Assembly (NCBI GenBank): GCA_964429935.1
Contig: CAYSED010000005.1
Coordinates: forward strand, 1-57,572
Source: an uncultured Hyphomonadaceae bacterium
Lineage (GTDB): Bacteria; Pseudomonadota; Alphaproteobacteria; Caulobacterales; Hyphomonadaceae
Reading direction: 5' to 3'
Length of the DNA: 57,572 nt
Position numbers and translations under genes: made by a program. The notes beneath the pieces were generated by a model that was not told where the DNA came from, ran no database searches, and worked only from the letters and a program-made list of their open reading frames with translations. Of this stretch, positions 9,229 to 19,032 are shown piece after piece. Numbering within the stretch: the first letter of the stretch is position 1; the number at the start of each line of letters is the position of its first letter.

Positions 9229-10169
9229 GGCGTGTCACCTTTCGGAAGGGGCAGGAAGCCCTTGAGCTGGGCAAGCGTCAGCGAGGTCCGCAGGGCGTGG
9301 CGCAGGCGCTTGCCCCGTGTCGTGCCGGCTGCGGCATTGACGGAAGGCCAGTAGGGCGTGTGCTTCAGGTAGCGGAAATACAGCCCGGCCAGGGGATGCC
9401 AGGCATCGGGAAGCCAGGGCTTGAAGGCTTCGGTATAGTGAACGATTTTCGGCGTTCCCCGCGCCCGCAGGCGCTCCGGCGTGGTGAAGCTCGGCGCGCT
9501 GCCGAGATGGACGAGCATCCGGCGCTGCACGTTCCAGCGCGCGTCGAGGCGGGCCCACTGGCCCCACAGCAGAAGGTTCAGCGCATCCTGGTCGCCCCAG
9601 GGAAAATCGTCCCATCTCTCCCCGAGCAGGCCGAGGGCGGTGTCGAACAGCCCCCGCGCGCGGATCTCTTCGAGGTCGAGCACGAGGACCCCGGCATTGA
9701 GATAGCCGAGATCGGCCGGTTCGAGGTCCCATTTCGCCGCAAAGTCTGCCGCGCTGATGCCGCCGTCATGTACCGCGCCGACCGGAGCGCCGCCAAGGTC
9801 GGCCTGCCAGAGCTCCCGCAGGTCGCCGAGGACGACGAGGTCGGAATCGAGATAAATTGCCCGGCGCGCTCCGGCCGGAGCAAAGCCCGGAATGGCAAAG
9901 CGGTAATAGGTCGCCCGGCTGATATAGTCGCGGGTCACGAAGCCGAGCACGCGGCTGTCGCCGATCCGGCACCACTGGAACGCCTGTCCGGGGGCCGCCG
10001 CGGCAATCTTCGCCTGCTCCTCGTCGGGCAGCCCGTCATGGATCACCATGAACCGGAAACGCGCGCCGGGCGCATTGGCGACGACCGACGCGATCACGGT
10101 CGCAAGGTGCGGCGCATAGGCAAGGTCGACCCCGAAGGCGACGAGAATCTCTTCGTCAGTCATGGTCAT
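9225..10169 (-). CDS. Glycosyltransferase family 8
   Basis: YYRFAIPGF, IYLDSDLVVLGDLRELW (DxD) and YLNAGVLVLDL. Start taken at ATG 10169 (MTMTDEEILVAFGVD), preceded by AAGGA. Confidence 0.8.
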   Translation of the reverse strand: MTMTDEEILVAFGVDLAYAPHLATVIASVVANAPGARFRFMVIHDGLPDEEQAKIAAAAPGQAFQWCRIGDSRVLGFVTRDYISRATYYRFAIPGFAPAGARRAIYLDSDLVVLGDLRELWQADLGGAPVGAVHDGGISAADFAAKWDLEPADLGYLNAGVLVLDLEEIRARGLFDTALGLLGERWDDFPWGDQDALNLLLWGQWARLDARWNVQRRMLVHLGSAPSFTTPERLRARGTPKIVHYTEAFKPWLPDAWHPLAGLYFRYLKHTPYWPSVNAAAGTTRGKRLRHALRTSLTLAQLKGFLPLPKGDTP

Positions 10170-10338
10170 GGGAGGCGTCCTTTGGTATCGCTCCTCGGGA
10201 GCAAGATCCATGCCGGGCAAGGGGCAGGCGGCGTTCGGGCTCCGCCCCGCCGGACATGCCCCGGGCACCCGCCCGCGTCTGGCATGGTTCGTGCTGGCAC
10301 GCCACGTAGTACAACCCTTCCGCAAGCCGAGCCTCTCC

Positions 10339-11301
10339 ATGTCCTGTCCCCTCGTCGCCGTCGTCACCCCTGTCTACAATGGCGAGGCCTGGCTCGACGA
10401 GACCATGCAGTCGGTCCAGGCCCAGACCTGGCCGAACACGGTGCATGTCCTTCTCGACAATGCGAGCACCGACGGCACGGCGGCGATCATCGCGCGCCAC
10501 CAGGGCGGGCGGGTGCCTCTCATGGTCTTCCGAAACGCGGAAACCCTGCCCATGATGGCGAACTGGAACAAGGCGTTCAGCCATGTCCCTGAAGCGGCGA
10601 CCTATGTCCGCCTGCTCTGCGCCGATGACACGATCACGCCGGACGCCCTTGCCGAGACCGTGGCCCTCGCCGAGACCGACCCGGAGATCGGCGTCGTCGG
10701 CTCGCTGCACTCCTATTACGGCCAGACGCACGACATGCTCTGGCCGGCCGACCGCAGCGTGTTCGGCGGGCAGGAGGCGGTGCGCATGATCCTCCTGAAA
10801 CAGGGCGTCCTCTTCGCCGTGCAGACGCTCTGGCGCAAGAGCGTTGCCGACCGGCGCCAGCCCCTCTTCGCCCCGCCGCTCGCTGGCGGCATGGATGTCG
10901 ACACGGTAATGGGCCTCATCGCCATGTCCAAGTTCGGTTTCGTGCACAAGTCGCTCGCCTTCACGCGGGTCCATGAGGAGAGCGAGACGTCGCGGAATTT
11001 CGCGCCCGAGACGCGCTCCCTCACCCGCGATGCCGCCTACCTCCTGACCCGCTACGGCCCGGATGCGCTCGGCGACGACTTCCGGCGCTATCTCCTGCAA
11101 TACCGCCGCTACTTTGTCCGCCGCATCATCGAATCCCGGCGGGCCGGGCTCGATGACCGGCAGTTCGGCCTGCACCGGCAGGCGCTCGAGCGTGCCGGCT
11201 GGTCCTGGGGGCCCGGCCTGATGCTCGACGCCATCATCGACTGGGGCCTTGTCCGGCTCGGCCTGCGCCAGACCTGGACCGGCTTTCCCGGCTGGCAGTA
11301 G
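10339..11301 (+). CDS. Glycosyltransferase family 2
   Basis: VAVVTPVYNGEAWLDETMQSVQAQTW and LLCADD. Start at ATG 10339 (MSCPLVAV); the upstream extension in the track is low-complexity. Confidence 0.8.
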   Translation: MSCPLVAVVTPVYNGEAWLDETMQSVQAQTWPNTVHVLLDNASTDGTAAIIARHQGGRVPLMVFRNAETLPMMANWNKAFSHVPEAATYVRLLCADDTITPDALAETVALAETDPEIGVVGSLHSYYGQTHDMLWPADRSVFGGQEAVRMILLKQGVLFAVQTLWRKSVADRRQPLFAPPLAGGMDVDTVMGLIAMSKFGFVHKSLAFTRVHEESETSRNFAPETRSLTRDAAYLLTRYGPDALGDDFRRYLLQYRRYFVRRIIESRRAGLDDRQFGLHRQALERAGWSWGPGLMLDAIIDWGLVRLGLRQTWTGFPGWQ

Positions 11302-11310
11302 CCGCCCGCC

Positions 11311-12273
11311 ATGGCCCGCTTCGAGACGGTCGTTCCCTATTTCCAGCGAGAGCCCGGCCATCTCGCCGCCGCCCTGGAATCGGTCTTCGCGCAAGGCATC
11401 GGCGATGTCCTCGTCCATGTCGTCGATGACGGCTCGCCGCGGCCGGCGCGCCTCGACCTTGAAACCCTGGCCGGGGCAGACCGGGCCCGCGTCAATCTAA
11501 TCGAGCAGGCCAATGGCGGCGCGACGGCGGCGCGCAACCGGGGGCTTGACGCGGTCTCGCCCGACGCGGCCTTCGTCGCCTTTCTCGATTCCGATGACCG
11601 CTGGCTGCCAGGCCATCTGGAGCGGGCAGGGCGCGCGCTCGGGGCGGGCGGCGCGCGCCTCTTCTATGATGCGGTGACGACCGATGGCACCTTTGCCGAG
11701 GACTATGCCCGGCCGGGCGACCTCATTGCCGCGGAAACCGCAAGGCCCTTCGGCGACGGTCCGGACTCCTTTGAGATCGCCCGTCCGCTCGAGCTTCTCT
11801 GCGGCGACTGGTTCCGCCACCTGCACCTCTCCGTCACGGTGCTTGCCGCGCCCCTCGCGCGCGCCGTCCGGTTCAACCCGGCCTTTCCGGTCGCCGAGGA
11901 CTTCGAGTTCTTCTACCGGTGCGCCCGGGCAGGGGGTCCATGGCAGGCGAGCAACCTGCCGGGCGCGGTGCGCGGCACAGGCGACAATCTCTGGCACGGC
12001 ATCGCCGCGACCGACATCCGCTATGGCCGGGAAAAACTGCTCAGCATGAAGGTCCTCTCGGCGCTGCGCCGCGAGCCCTCGCTCGACGGCACGGCGCGGC
12101 GTGCCGCCGCCGCGCGCGTCCGGCTCTACCGGGAACAGTTCTACTGGAGCCAGCGCGACCGCATCAGGGCAGGCAGGCTGCCGGCCCTCGGCCTTGCGGC
12201 GCAGTTCCTGCTGCACGACCCGGCGCTTGCCGCGTTTGCCCTCGGGCGGATCGCCTGCAGGCAGCCCTCCTGA
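11311..12273 (+). CDS. Glycosyltransferase family 2-like
   Basis: VVPYFQREPGHLAAALESVFAQ, VHVVDDGS and FLDSDDRW. Confidence 0.72.
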   Translation: MARFETVVPYFQREPGHLAAALESVFAQGIGDVLVHVVDDGSPRPARLDLETLAGADRARVNLIEQANGGATAARNRGLDAVSPDAAFVAFLDSDDRWLPGHLERAGRALGAGGARLFYDAVTTDGTFAEDYARPGDLIAAETARPFGDGPDSFEIARPLELLCGDWFRHLHLSVTVLAAPLARAVRFNPAFPVAEDFEFFYRCARAGGPWQASNLPGAVRGTGDNLWHGIAATDIRYGREKLLSMKVLSALRREPSLDGTARRAAAARVRLYREQFYWSQRDRIRAGRLPALGLAAQFLLHDPALAAFALGRIACRQPS

Positions 12274-12369
12274 CCCCCTCGGCCGGCCCCCGATTGCCCG
12301 CCCCGGCATGGCATGCGACATGCACATGCCGGGGCGCGACACCATTCACAAGGACAGGCGTGTATCAAC

Positions 12370-13416
12370 ATGAAAGTGCTTTTCACCGGTGCGGACGGCT
12401 ATATCGGGACGCTGCTCGGGCCCTATCTCCTCGAGCGCGGCATTGAGGCTGTCGGCCTCGACACCGGATATTACCGCCAGGGCTGGCTCTATCCGACCAG
12501 CGTGCCGCGCCCCATGGTCCTGACCCGCGACATCCGCGATGTCACGATCGAGGACATGCAGGGCTTCGACGCCATCGCCCACCTTGCCGAACTGTCCAAT
12601 GACCCGCTCGGCCAGCAGGACCCGGGCCTCACGCACGAGATCAACCATGGCGGCTCGGTGCATCTTGCCAGCCTTGCCCGCAAGGCCGGCGTCAAGCGCT
12701 TTGTCTACATGTCGTCCTGCTCGGTCTACGGCGTCGGCAGGCCGGACCAGGTCCTCGACGAGACGAGCGGGGTCAACCCGCAGACCGCCTATGCCGAATG
12801 CAAGGTCAAGGTCGAGAATGACCTGACCGCCATGGCAGGCGACGATTTCGAGCCCTGTTTCCTGCGCAACGCGACGGCCTATGGCGCGAGCCCCCGCCAG
12901 CGCTTCGACATCGTGCTCAACGACCTGTGCGGCCTTGCCTGGACGACAAAGGAGATCAAGCTCGTCTCGGACGGCTCGCCCTGGCGCCCGCTCGTCCATG
13001 CGCTCGACATGTGCCAGGCCGTGCATCTCTCCCTCACCGCGCCGGCCGATGCCGTTCGCGGCGAGAAGTACAATGTCGGCTCGACGGCGCAGAACTATAC
13101 CGTCCGCCAGATCGCCGAGATCGTCGCGGCCGAGTTTCCGGGCTGCACGCTATCGATTGGCGAGCAGGGCGGGGACAACCGGTCCTACCGGGTCAATTTC
13201 GACAAGATCACCCGCGTCCTGCCGGACTTCGCGTGCCAGTGGACCGCCCAGAAAGGCGCCCGCCAGATGCGCCAGGTTTTCGAGGCGATCGACATGTCCG
13301 AAGCCGACTTCCGCGCGCCGCCCTATACACGCCTGAAAATGCTCATGAAGCTGCGCGCGTCGAAACTGCTCGACAGCAAGCTCTACTGGAACACGCCGGT
13401 CCTGGAAGCGATCTGA
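12370..13416 (+). CDS. NAD-dependent NDP-sugar epimerase/dehydratase (extended SDR)
   Basis: MKVLFTGADGYIGTLLG (GxxGxxG) and YAECK (YxxxK). Start at ATG 12370. Confidence 0.85.
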   Translation: MKVLFTGADGYIGTLLGPYLLERGIEAVGLDTGYYRQGWLYPTSVPRPMVLTRDIRDVTIEDMQGFDAIAHLAELSNDPLGQQDPGLTHEINHGGSVHLASLARKAGVKRFVYMSSCSVYGVGRPDQVLDETSGVNPQTAYAECKVKVENDLTAMAGDDFEPCFLRNATAYGASPRQRFDIVLNDLCGLAWTTKEIKLVSDGSPWRPLVHALDMCQAVHLSLTAPADAVRGEKYNVGSTAQNYTVRQIAEIVAAEFPGCTLSIGEQGGDNRSYRVNFDKITRVLPDFACQWTAQKGARQMRQVFEAIDMSEADFRAPPYTRLKMLMKLRASKLLDSKLYWNTPVLEAI

Positions 13417-13420
13417 CCTC

Positions 13421-14740
13421 ATGATTATCGTCGACACCGCCCTGAAACAGCGCGAAGCGGCGGGCCGTCCGGTCCGCGTCGGCATGGTCGGGGCAGGCTT
13501 CATGGGCTCCGGCATCGCGCTGCAGATTGCCCGGTCGGTGCCCGGCATGGTGCTCTGCGCCATTGCCGCCCGCCGCGCGGACCAGGCCGCGGCCGCCTTT
13601 GCGGCAAGCCGGACAGGCGAGACCGTGCGCAACGCCGATACGACCGCCGCCATCGAGGCGGCCATCCGCGACGGCGTGCCGGTCGTTACCGAGGACCCTG
13701 CGGCCATGGCACGCGCCGGCGGCCTCGATGTCATCATCGAGGCGACCGGCTCGATGGACTATGCCCTCCTCGCCGTCGAGGCGGCCATCGAGACCGGCAA
13801 GCATGTCGTCCTGATGAACTGCGAACTCGACGGCACCGTCGGGCCGCTTCTCAAGGCGCGCGCCGACAAGGCCGGCGTCATCCTGACCAATTGCGATGGC
13901 GACCAGCCGGGCGTCCAGATGAACCTCGTCCGCTTCGTCAGGTCGATCGGCGTCAGGCCGGTCCTCTGCGGCAATATCAAGGGCCTGCAGGACACGCGCC
14001 GCACGCCGGACACCCAGCGCGGCTTTGCCGAGAAATGGGGCCAGAACGTCAACATGGTGACGAGCTTTGCCGACGGCACCAAGATCGCCTTCGAGCAGGC
14101 CATTGTCGCCAACGCCACCGGCATGACGGTCGCCCGGCGCGGCATGATCGGCCCCGATCCGACCAATATGGACCCGACCCAGCCGCTCCGCCCGCTCGAG
14201 GACTATGTCGCCCTGCTCGCCCCGCACATCGATCCTGCCGGCCCCGGCATCGTCGATTTTGTCGTCGGCGCGCGGCCGGGTCCCGGCGTCTTCGTCCTCG
14301 GCACGCATGACGATCCGCGCCAGCAGCACTACCTCAATCTCTACAAGCTGGGGCAGGGGCCATACTACCTGTTCTACACGCCCTATCATCTCTGCCATTT
14401 TGAAGTGCCGCTGACGGCGGCGCGCGCCGCGCTCTTCCATGATGCCGCGCTTGCCCCGCTCGGGCGGCCAGAGGTGAGCGTCATCGCCGTCGCCAAGCGC
14501 GCCCTGAAGGCCGGCCATGTGCTCGACGGGATCGGCGGGTTCGACACATATGGCGTCGCCGAGACAAGCGCCGTCACCGCGCGCGACCGGCTCTTGCCGA
14601 TGGGTCTCGCCGAGGGCTGCACCCTCGCACGCGACATCGCGCCCGGAACGGCGCTCGCATTTTCCGATGTCGCGGTGCCGGCCGGCCGGCGCATCGACAC
14701 GCTATATGCCGAGATGGAAGCCCATTTCGGCCTGACATGA
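13421..14740 (+). CDS. NAD(P)-binding oxidoreductase with C-terminal SAF domain (COG4091-like)
   Basis: 439 aa with a Rossmann motif VRVGMVGAGFMGSGIA, a homoserine-dehydrogenase-like core and a C-terminal KRALKAGHVLDGIGGF segment. Confidence 0.68.
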   Translation: MIIVDTALKQREAAGRPVRVGMVGAGFMGSGIALQIARSVPGMVLCAIAARRADQAAAAFAASRTGETVRNADTTAAIEAAIRDGVPVVTEDPAAMARAGGLDVIIEATGSMDYALLAVEAAIETGKHVVLMNCELDGTVGPLLKARADKAGVILTNCDGDQPGVQMNLVRFVRSIGVRPVLCGNIKGLQDTRRTPDTQRGFAEKWGQNVNMVTSFADGTKIAFEQAIVANATGMTVARRGMIGPDPTNMDPTQPLRPLEDYVALLAPHIDPAGPGIVDFVVGARPGPGVFVLGTHDDPRQQHYLNLYKLGQGPYYLFYTPYHLCHFEVPLTAARAALFHDAALAPLGRPEVSVIAVAKRALKAGHVLDGIGGFDTYGVAETSAVTARDRLLPMGLAEGCTLARDIAPGTALAFSDVAVPAGRRIDTLYAEMEAHFGLT

Positions 14741-14784
14741 ACGGGCTCCCCGAAGGGGACGAGGACGAGCGGAGAGAGATCAGG

Positions 14785-15558
14785 ATGAAAGCGGTCATGT
14801 TCGCCGGCGGCTACGGCACCCGGCTCAGCGAGGAGACGACCCTGCGCCCGAAGCCCATGGTCGAGATCGGCGGCCGGCCGATCCTGCATCACATCATGGA
14901 GATCTATGCCGCCCACGGCATCACCGATTTCGTCGTGCTCGGCGGCTACAAGGTCGAGGCCATCAAGGATTATTTCCTCAGCTATCACCGCCGCTCTGGC
15001 GACTTCACGATCGACCTTGCGAGCGGCGAGATAACCTGGTCGCGCGCCCGTGCCGAACCCTGGAAGGTGACCGTGCTCGACACCGGCATCGACACGATGA
15101 CCGGCGGCCGCCTGAAACGCGCCCGCGACGTGATCGGCGACGAACCGTTCTGCCTGACCTATGGCGACGGCGTCGCCGACATCGACATCACGAGGCTCAT
15201 CGCCTTCCACGAGGCCGCCGGGGTCGCCTGCACGGTGACAGCCGTCTCGCCGCCGGGGCGCTTCGGCGTGCTCGGCCTCAGCCCGGGCAATGACCTCGTC
15301 GAGGGCTTCCGGGAGAAGGACGCCGTCGATGTCGGCCTCATCAATGGCGGCTATTTCGTCTGCAATCGCGACGTGTTCGACCTGATCGACGATGACGCGA
15401 CGGTCTGGGAACAGGCCCCGATGCGCCGCCTCGTCGAGCAAGGCCAGCTTGCCGCCTATCGCCATGCCGGCTTCTGGCAGTCCATGGATACCGTGCGCGA
15501 CAAGGAATATCTCGAAGCGCAATATGCCAGGGGCGCGCCTTGGTTGAGGCCGGGCTGA
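14785..15558 (+). CDS. rfbF: Glucose-1-phosphate cytidylyltransferase
   Basis: MKAVMFAGGYGTRLSEETTLRPKPMVEIGGRPILHHIM. Start at ATG 14785, preceded by GGAGAGAG. Confidence 0.9.
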   Translation: MKAVMFAGGYGTRLSEETTLRPKPMVEIGGRPILHHIMEIYAAHGITDFVVLGGYKVEAIKDYFLSYHRRSGDFTIDLASGEITWSRARAEPWKVTVLDTGIDTMTGGRLKRARDVIGDEPFCLTYGDGVADIDITRLIAFHEAAGVACTVTAVSPPGRFGVLGLSPGNDLVEGFREKDAVDVGLINGGYFVCNRDVFDLIDDDATVWEQAPMRRLVEQGQLAAYRHAGFWQSMDTVRDKEYLEAQYARGAPWLRPG

Positions 15559-15645
15559 CGCCGGGCTGAACTCGCCCTGAAGGGCCGTCGGCTCGCCTCC
15601 GGATCAGGGGTTCGGGGCAGGTCTGCGAAGGCTCCCGGACCGGGT

Positions 15646-17133
15646 TCAGGACGAGCGAAGCCGAACCATGGCGAGCGCCGTCCCGGCGAGCCCCAGCACT
15701 TTCGCCTCGATGCCGTCGGGGCGTCCGGCGAGGTGCCACAGGCCGAGAAGGACCGCCAGATAGGCAAGCCCCCCCGTCGCGCAGACCGCCGCAAGGGGCA
15801 AGCCGACGCCGAATACCGCATCGCCTGCCGGGACCAGCCGGCCGAGCAGCAGGAACACGAGCGCCATCACGCTGCCGGCCATCACGGGGCGCATCACGGT
15901 CCGCCCCTGCGCGGCAAAGCCGAGCCCGAGGACCTTTCGCACGATCAGGCAGTCGGCGAGCGTCAGCGCGCCGATCATGGCGCACTTGACGGCGAGAAGC
16001 CCGTCGAGGCCGCCGTTCATGACAGCGAGCACCGCCACGGGGAGGTAGAGCACGACGAAGGCGAGGGAGCGCAGGAACAGGAGCCGCATATGGCCAAGAC
16101 CCATCAGCATGGCCTGCATCGGCGTGAAGACGATCGTCGAGATGATGATCGCCGCCAGCCATTGCACGGCAATCACCGCGCCGGACCATTGCGGCCCGAG
16201 GAGCACGAGCACGACCGGCTCGGCAAACCATGTCAGCACGATCACGACGGGCACGACGAGTGCTGCCATCAGCGCCATGGACGACAGGAACGCCCGCTGC
16301 ACGCGTTCGCGATCAGCCTGGATCTGCGAGAAGGCCGCGAACAGCGAGCGCGATGCCGGCATGGCGATGACATCGGTCACCCGCGTTGTCAGCAGCGTTC
16401 CGATCGAATAGACGCCGAGGGCCGTCCCGCCGCTGATCCGTCCGAGCGAGAGCGTGTCGACAAGCTGGTAGAGGCGGCCGAGAATGCTCGTCCCCGCCAT
16501 CCAGGCCGAATAGCCGAACAGGCGCCGGAAGGATTTCAGCGTCAGGCGGGGCATGGATGGCCGGAACGCATAGGACAGGATTGCCTGGGCGAGCGCGCCG
16601 GCCGTCATGCCCCAGACCAGCGCCCAGTAGGACCCGAGCGCGATGACAAAGCCGGCCGCCGCCGCAAAGGCGACGAATTTCGAGCCAAGCTCGACGGCTG
16701 CCTCGCGACTGAAATCGAGGTCCCTGGCAAAGGATTCGAGGCGCGGATTGCGCACGCCGAGAATGAACACGTAGAGCGCGAGCGCCGCCGTAACCGGGGC
16801 AATGCGCGGATCGCGCATGAAACTCGCGAGCGGCACGGCCAGCGCGATCAGCAGGGCGGCGACGATCAGGCCGCGCAGGAGGCTGATGGTGAACGCGGTG
16901 TCATAGTCGTCATGCTCCAGCGTGCGCAGCTGGATGATGGCCTGGCCCACCGGCAGTTCGGCAAACACCGACACGAGGACGAGAAGGCTCATGGCAGCGG
17001 CGAACACGCCATAATCGTCTGGCAGCAGGAAGCGCGCGACGATGATCGTGCTCGCCAGCCCGAAGACCTGTCCGCCCATGCGCGAGGCGGCAAGCCAGAC
17101 CGTTCCGCCGGCAACTTTCTGGCTGAGCGACAA
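15646..17133 (-). CDS. wzx: Polysaccharide/O-antigen flippase (Wzx, MOP/PST family)
   Basis: About 12 predicted TM segments and an N-terminus SLSQKVAGGTVWLAASRMGGQVFGLASTIIVARFLLPDDYGVFA. I start at in-frame TTG 17133, which has GGGAGA 7 nt upstream. The track ORF to 17907 overlaps the patatin gene. Confidence 0.78.
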   Translation of the reverse strand: MSLSQKVAGGTVWLAASRMGGQVFGLASTIIVARFLLPDDYGVFAAAMSLLVLVSVFAELPVGQAIIQLRTLEHDDYDTAFTISLLRGLIVAALLIALAVPLASFMRDPRIAPVTAALALYVFILGVRNPRLESFARDLDFSREAAVELGSKFVAFAAAAGFVIALGSYWALVWGMTAGALAQAILSYAFRPSMPRLTLKSFRRLFGYSAWMAGTSILGRLYQLVDTLSLGRISGGTALGVYSIGTLLTTRVTDVIAMPASRSLFAAFSQIQADRERVQRAFLSSMALMAALVVPVVIVLTWFAEPVVLVLLGPQWSGAVIAVQWLAAIIISTIVFTPMQAMLMGLGHMRLLFLRSLAFVVLYLPVAVLAVMNGGLDGLLAVKCAMIGALTLADCLIVRKVLGLGFAAQGRTVMRPVMAGSVMALVFLLLGRLVPAGDAVFGVGLPLAAVCATGGLAYLAVLLGLWHLAGRPDGIEAKVLGLAGTALAMVRLRSS

Positions 17134-17240
17134 AGGGGGTCTCCCGGGTGGCTTGGCTGGCTCGCCTGTCTGGCCTATCTGCGAAGCGGTGTGCCCGCCA
17201 GAGGCCCGATGCAGGTTCGGTGCCTGTCCGGGCGTTCGGC

Positions 17241-18353
17241 TCAGGCCTGCTTCTCGGCCCGCGACTGATAGCGCGACGGCCGCCCGATGCGCTCGGTCCC
17301 GAGCGGGTCTTCCGAGCCCTGGAACATCTTGCGCAGGTTCACCGTCGAGCGCCTGCCGATCGCCGCCTTGTTCCTGGCGAGCCACGCGTCCGCCGCCGAC
17401 CGGCCCTTGCCGAACAGGAGGGCGAGGAAGTCCGGCTCGGCATTCAGCTTGGAGGACGCGCCATATTCGGCGAGCGCGGTCTCGTTGCCCAGCATGTGCA
17501 CGAGGACGCGCCGGTAGCCCGTGCCCTCGAGCCGCCCGGCATCGAGCAGCCGCGTCACGAAGTCGATCGCCCGCAGCTCGCGCATCAGCGAGGCATTGAA
17601 CGTGATCTCGTTGATCCGGTTCAGGATGTCGCGCGCCTTTTTCGGCGCGCCCTTGCGCACGACCGGATTGATCTGGACGATCAGCACGTCGTCGGTCTCG
17701 GACTCGTCGAACAGCGGAAAGAGCGGCGGGTTGCCCATATAGCCGCCGTCCCAGTATGGCACGCCGCCGATCTCGACAGCCTTGTAGAGGATCGGCAGGC
17801 AGGCCGACGCCATGACATGGTCGACCGTCAGCTCGCCCTGCCGGAACACCTCGACCCGGCCGTTCTCGACATTGGTCGCCGAGATGTGCAGGCCGATCTC
17901 GCTGCACGTCCGGACCGCGCCGAAGTCGATCATGTCGGCGACGATGTCGCGCAAGGGGTTGATGTCGCCGGGATTGAAGTCATACGGGCTCGCCAGCCGC
18001 GTCATCAGGTCGAACATGACATAGGCGGGCGAGGCATCGAGGCTCCAGTCGCCCATCCAGCGGTTCCAGTAGCCGCGCTGCAGCGGGCTGTTGCGGGCGT
18101 TTTCGCCGATCCGCGTCCAGAACTCCCGCAGCTTCGCCCGCGCGCCTTCGCGCCCGCCGGTCGTCATGCCCTCGGCCAGCACGACGGCATTCATCGCCCC
18201 GGCACTCGCCCCGGTGATCGAGTCGATCCCCACGTCCTCGTCCTCGAGCAGGCGGTCGAGCACGCCCCAGGTGAATGCGCCATGCGAGCCCCCGCCCTGG
18301 AGGGCAAGGTTCAGGCGCTTCGGGGCGCGGGCAGTTCCGTTTGGTTTGGCCAT
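17241..18353 (-). CDS. Patatin-like phospholipase
   Basis: LALQGGGSHGAFTWGVL (oxyanion hole), GASAGAMNA (GxSxG) and YWDGGYMGNPP (catalytic Asp). ATG 18353 has AGGA upstream; the alternative is GTG 18392. Confidence 0.85.
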   Translation of the reverse strand: MAKPNGTARAPKRLNLALQGGGSHGAFTWGVLDRLLEDEDVGIDSITGASAGAMNAVVLAEGMTTGGREGARAKLREFWTRIGENARNSPLQRGYWNRWMGDWSLDASPAYVMFDLMTRLASPYDFNPGDINPLRDIVADMIDFGAVRTCSEIGLHISATNVENGRVEVFRQGELTVDHVMASACLPILYKAVEIGGVPYWDGGYMGNPPLFPLFDESETDDVLIVQINPVVRKGAPKKARDILNRINEITFNASLMRELRAIDFVTRLLDAGRLEGTGYRRVLVHMLGNETALAEYGASSKLNAEPDFLALLFGKGRSAADAWLARNKAAIGRRSTVNLRKMFQGSEDPLGTERIGRPSRYQSRAEKQA

Positions 18354-18420
18354 GGCCAGTCCTATGGCACACAAAGCCTGAAAGGCCGTCACCCTGACCG
18401 ATCAAATTTGTGCAGGTGCG

Positions 18421-18651
18421 TCAGCCGGGCGTCTTCAGGACACGCTTCGCCGAGGCCGGGAAGCGTTCGAGCAGGTGTGCCCCGCGCGTCGGCCGGGCGA
18501 CAAGGCTGCCGCCGCAATTCGGGCAGATGCCGACGTGGCGGGCCTCCGCGCAGTCCGGGCAGAACGTGCACTCGAAACTGCAGATCCGCGCCGCCGCCCC
18601 CGGCGGCAGGTCGCCATCACACGTCTCGCAATTCGGCCGCATCTCGAGCAT
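18421..18651 (-). CDS. DUF1272-like Cys-rich zinc-binding protein
   Basis: 76 aa with CETCDGDL...CSFECTFCPDCA...CPNCGG. Confidence 0.7.
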   Translation of the reverse strand: MLEMRPNCETCDGDLPPGAAARICSFECTFCPDCAEARHVGICPNCGGSLVARPTRGAHLLERFPASAKRVLKTPG

Positions 18652-18681
18652 GAAGAACGCCTAGCACGGATCACGAAAAAG

Positions 18682-18698
18682 CTGGAGCGGGTACACGG
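18682..18698. repeat. Distal att direct repeat CTGGAGCGGGTACACGG (copy of the tRNA-Gly 3' end)
   Basis: It is identical to 28682-28698, and the flanking bases differ on both sides. Confidence 0.85.
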
Positions 18699-19032
18699 CG
18701 CAATATCCATAAATTTTTCTAATATTTTCTGGAGACTATTTAAAAAGTGACCCGGCAATGTTGCACAGATTGCCCGTCATTTGTTGCACGCTATCCTCGC
18801 GAACATCTGATTGTGCCGGTGGGGTTGGAGGCATTTTCGGGATAACCTCCATACTGTCTTGAAGCTTGAGATCCTGACGAAGCGTCAGAATTTTGTTGGC
18901 CGTCTCGGCCCCATGGGATCAAGAGGCCACAAATTAATGCTGGCAACCTTGAGGGGAAATCGAGCATAGGATTGACTTAGGGCAGCAGAGACAGCTTAAC
19001 TTCACATTCTGTTACTTTTAAGCTACTTGCCC

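Noticed and set aside
9027-11418. 521-aa plus-strand ORF (9027-10592) and 420-aa minus-strand ORF (10156-11418)
   Set aside because: Both lie antisense to glycosyltransferase genes with recognisable GT8/GT2 motifs. Their low-complexity Arg/Pro/Gly composition marks them as shadows.
13343-15522. 391-aa and 378-aa minus-strand ORFs
   Set aside because: They are antisense to the SAF-domain oxidoreductase and rfbF, which have strong family signatures. Neither ORF has a motif of its own.
15733-18653. 511-aa and 501-aa plus-strand ORFs
   Set aside because: They are antisense to the Wzx flippase and the patatin-like lipase. Their charged, His/Arg/Asp-rich low-complexity translations are incompatible with real proteins.
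18758-18862. 34-codon plus-strand ORF MLHRLPVICCTLSSRTSDCAGGVGGIFGITSILS, containing a GG, just inside the island
   Set aside because: It has no SD, and its leader lacks the conserved Glu-Leu/hydrophobic spacing of double-glycine leaders. It is probably fortuitous.
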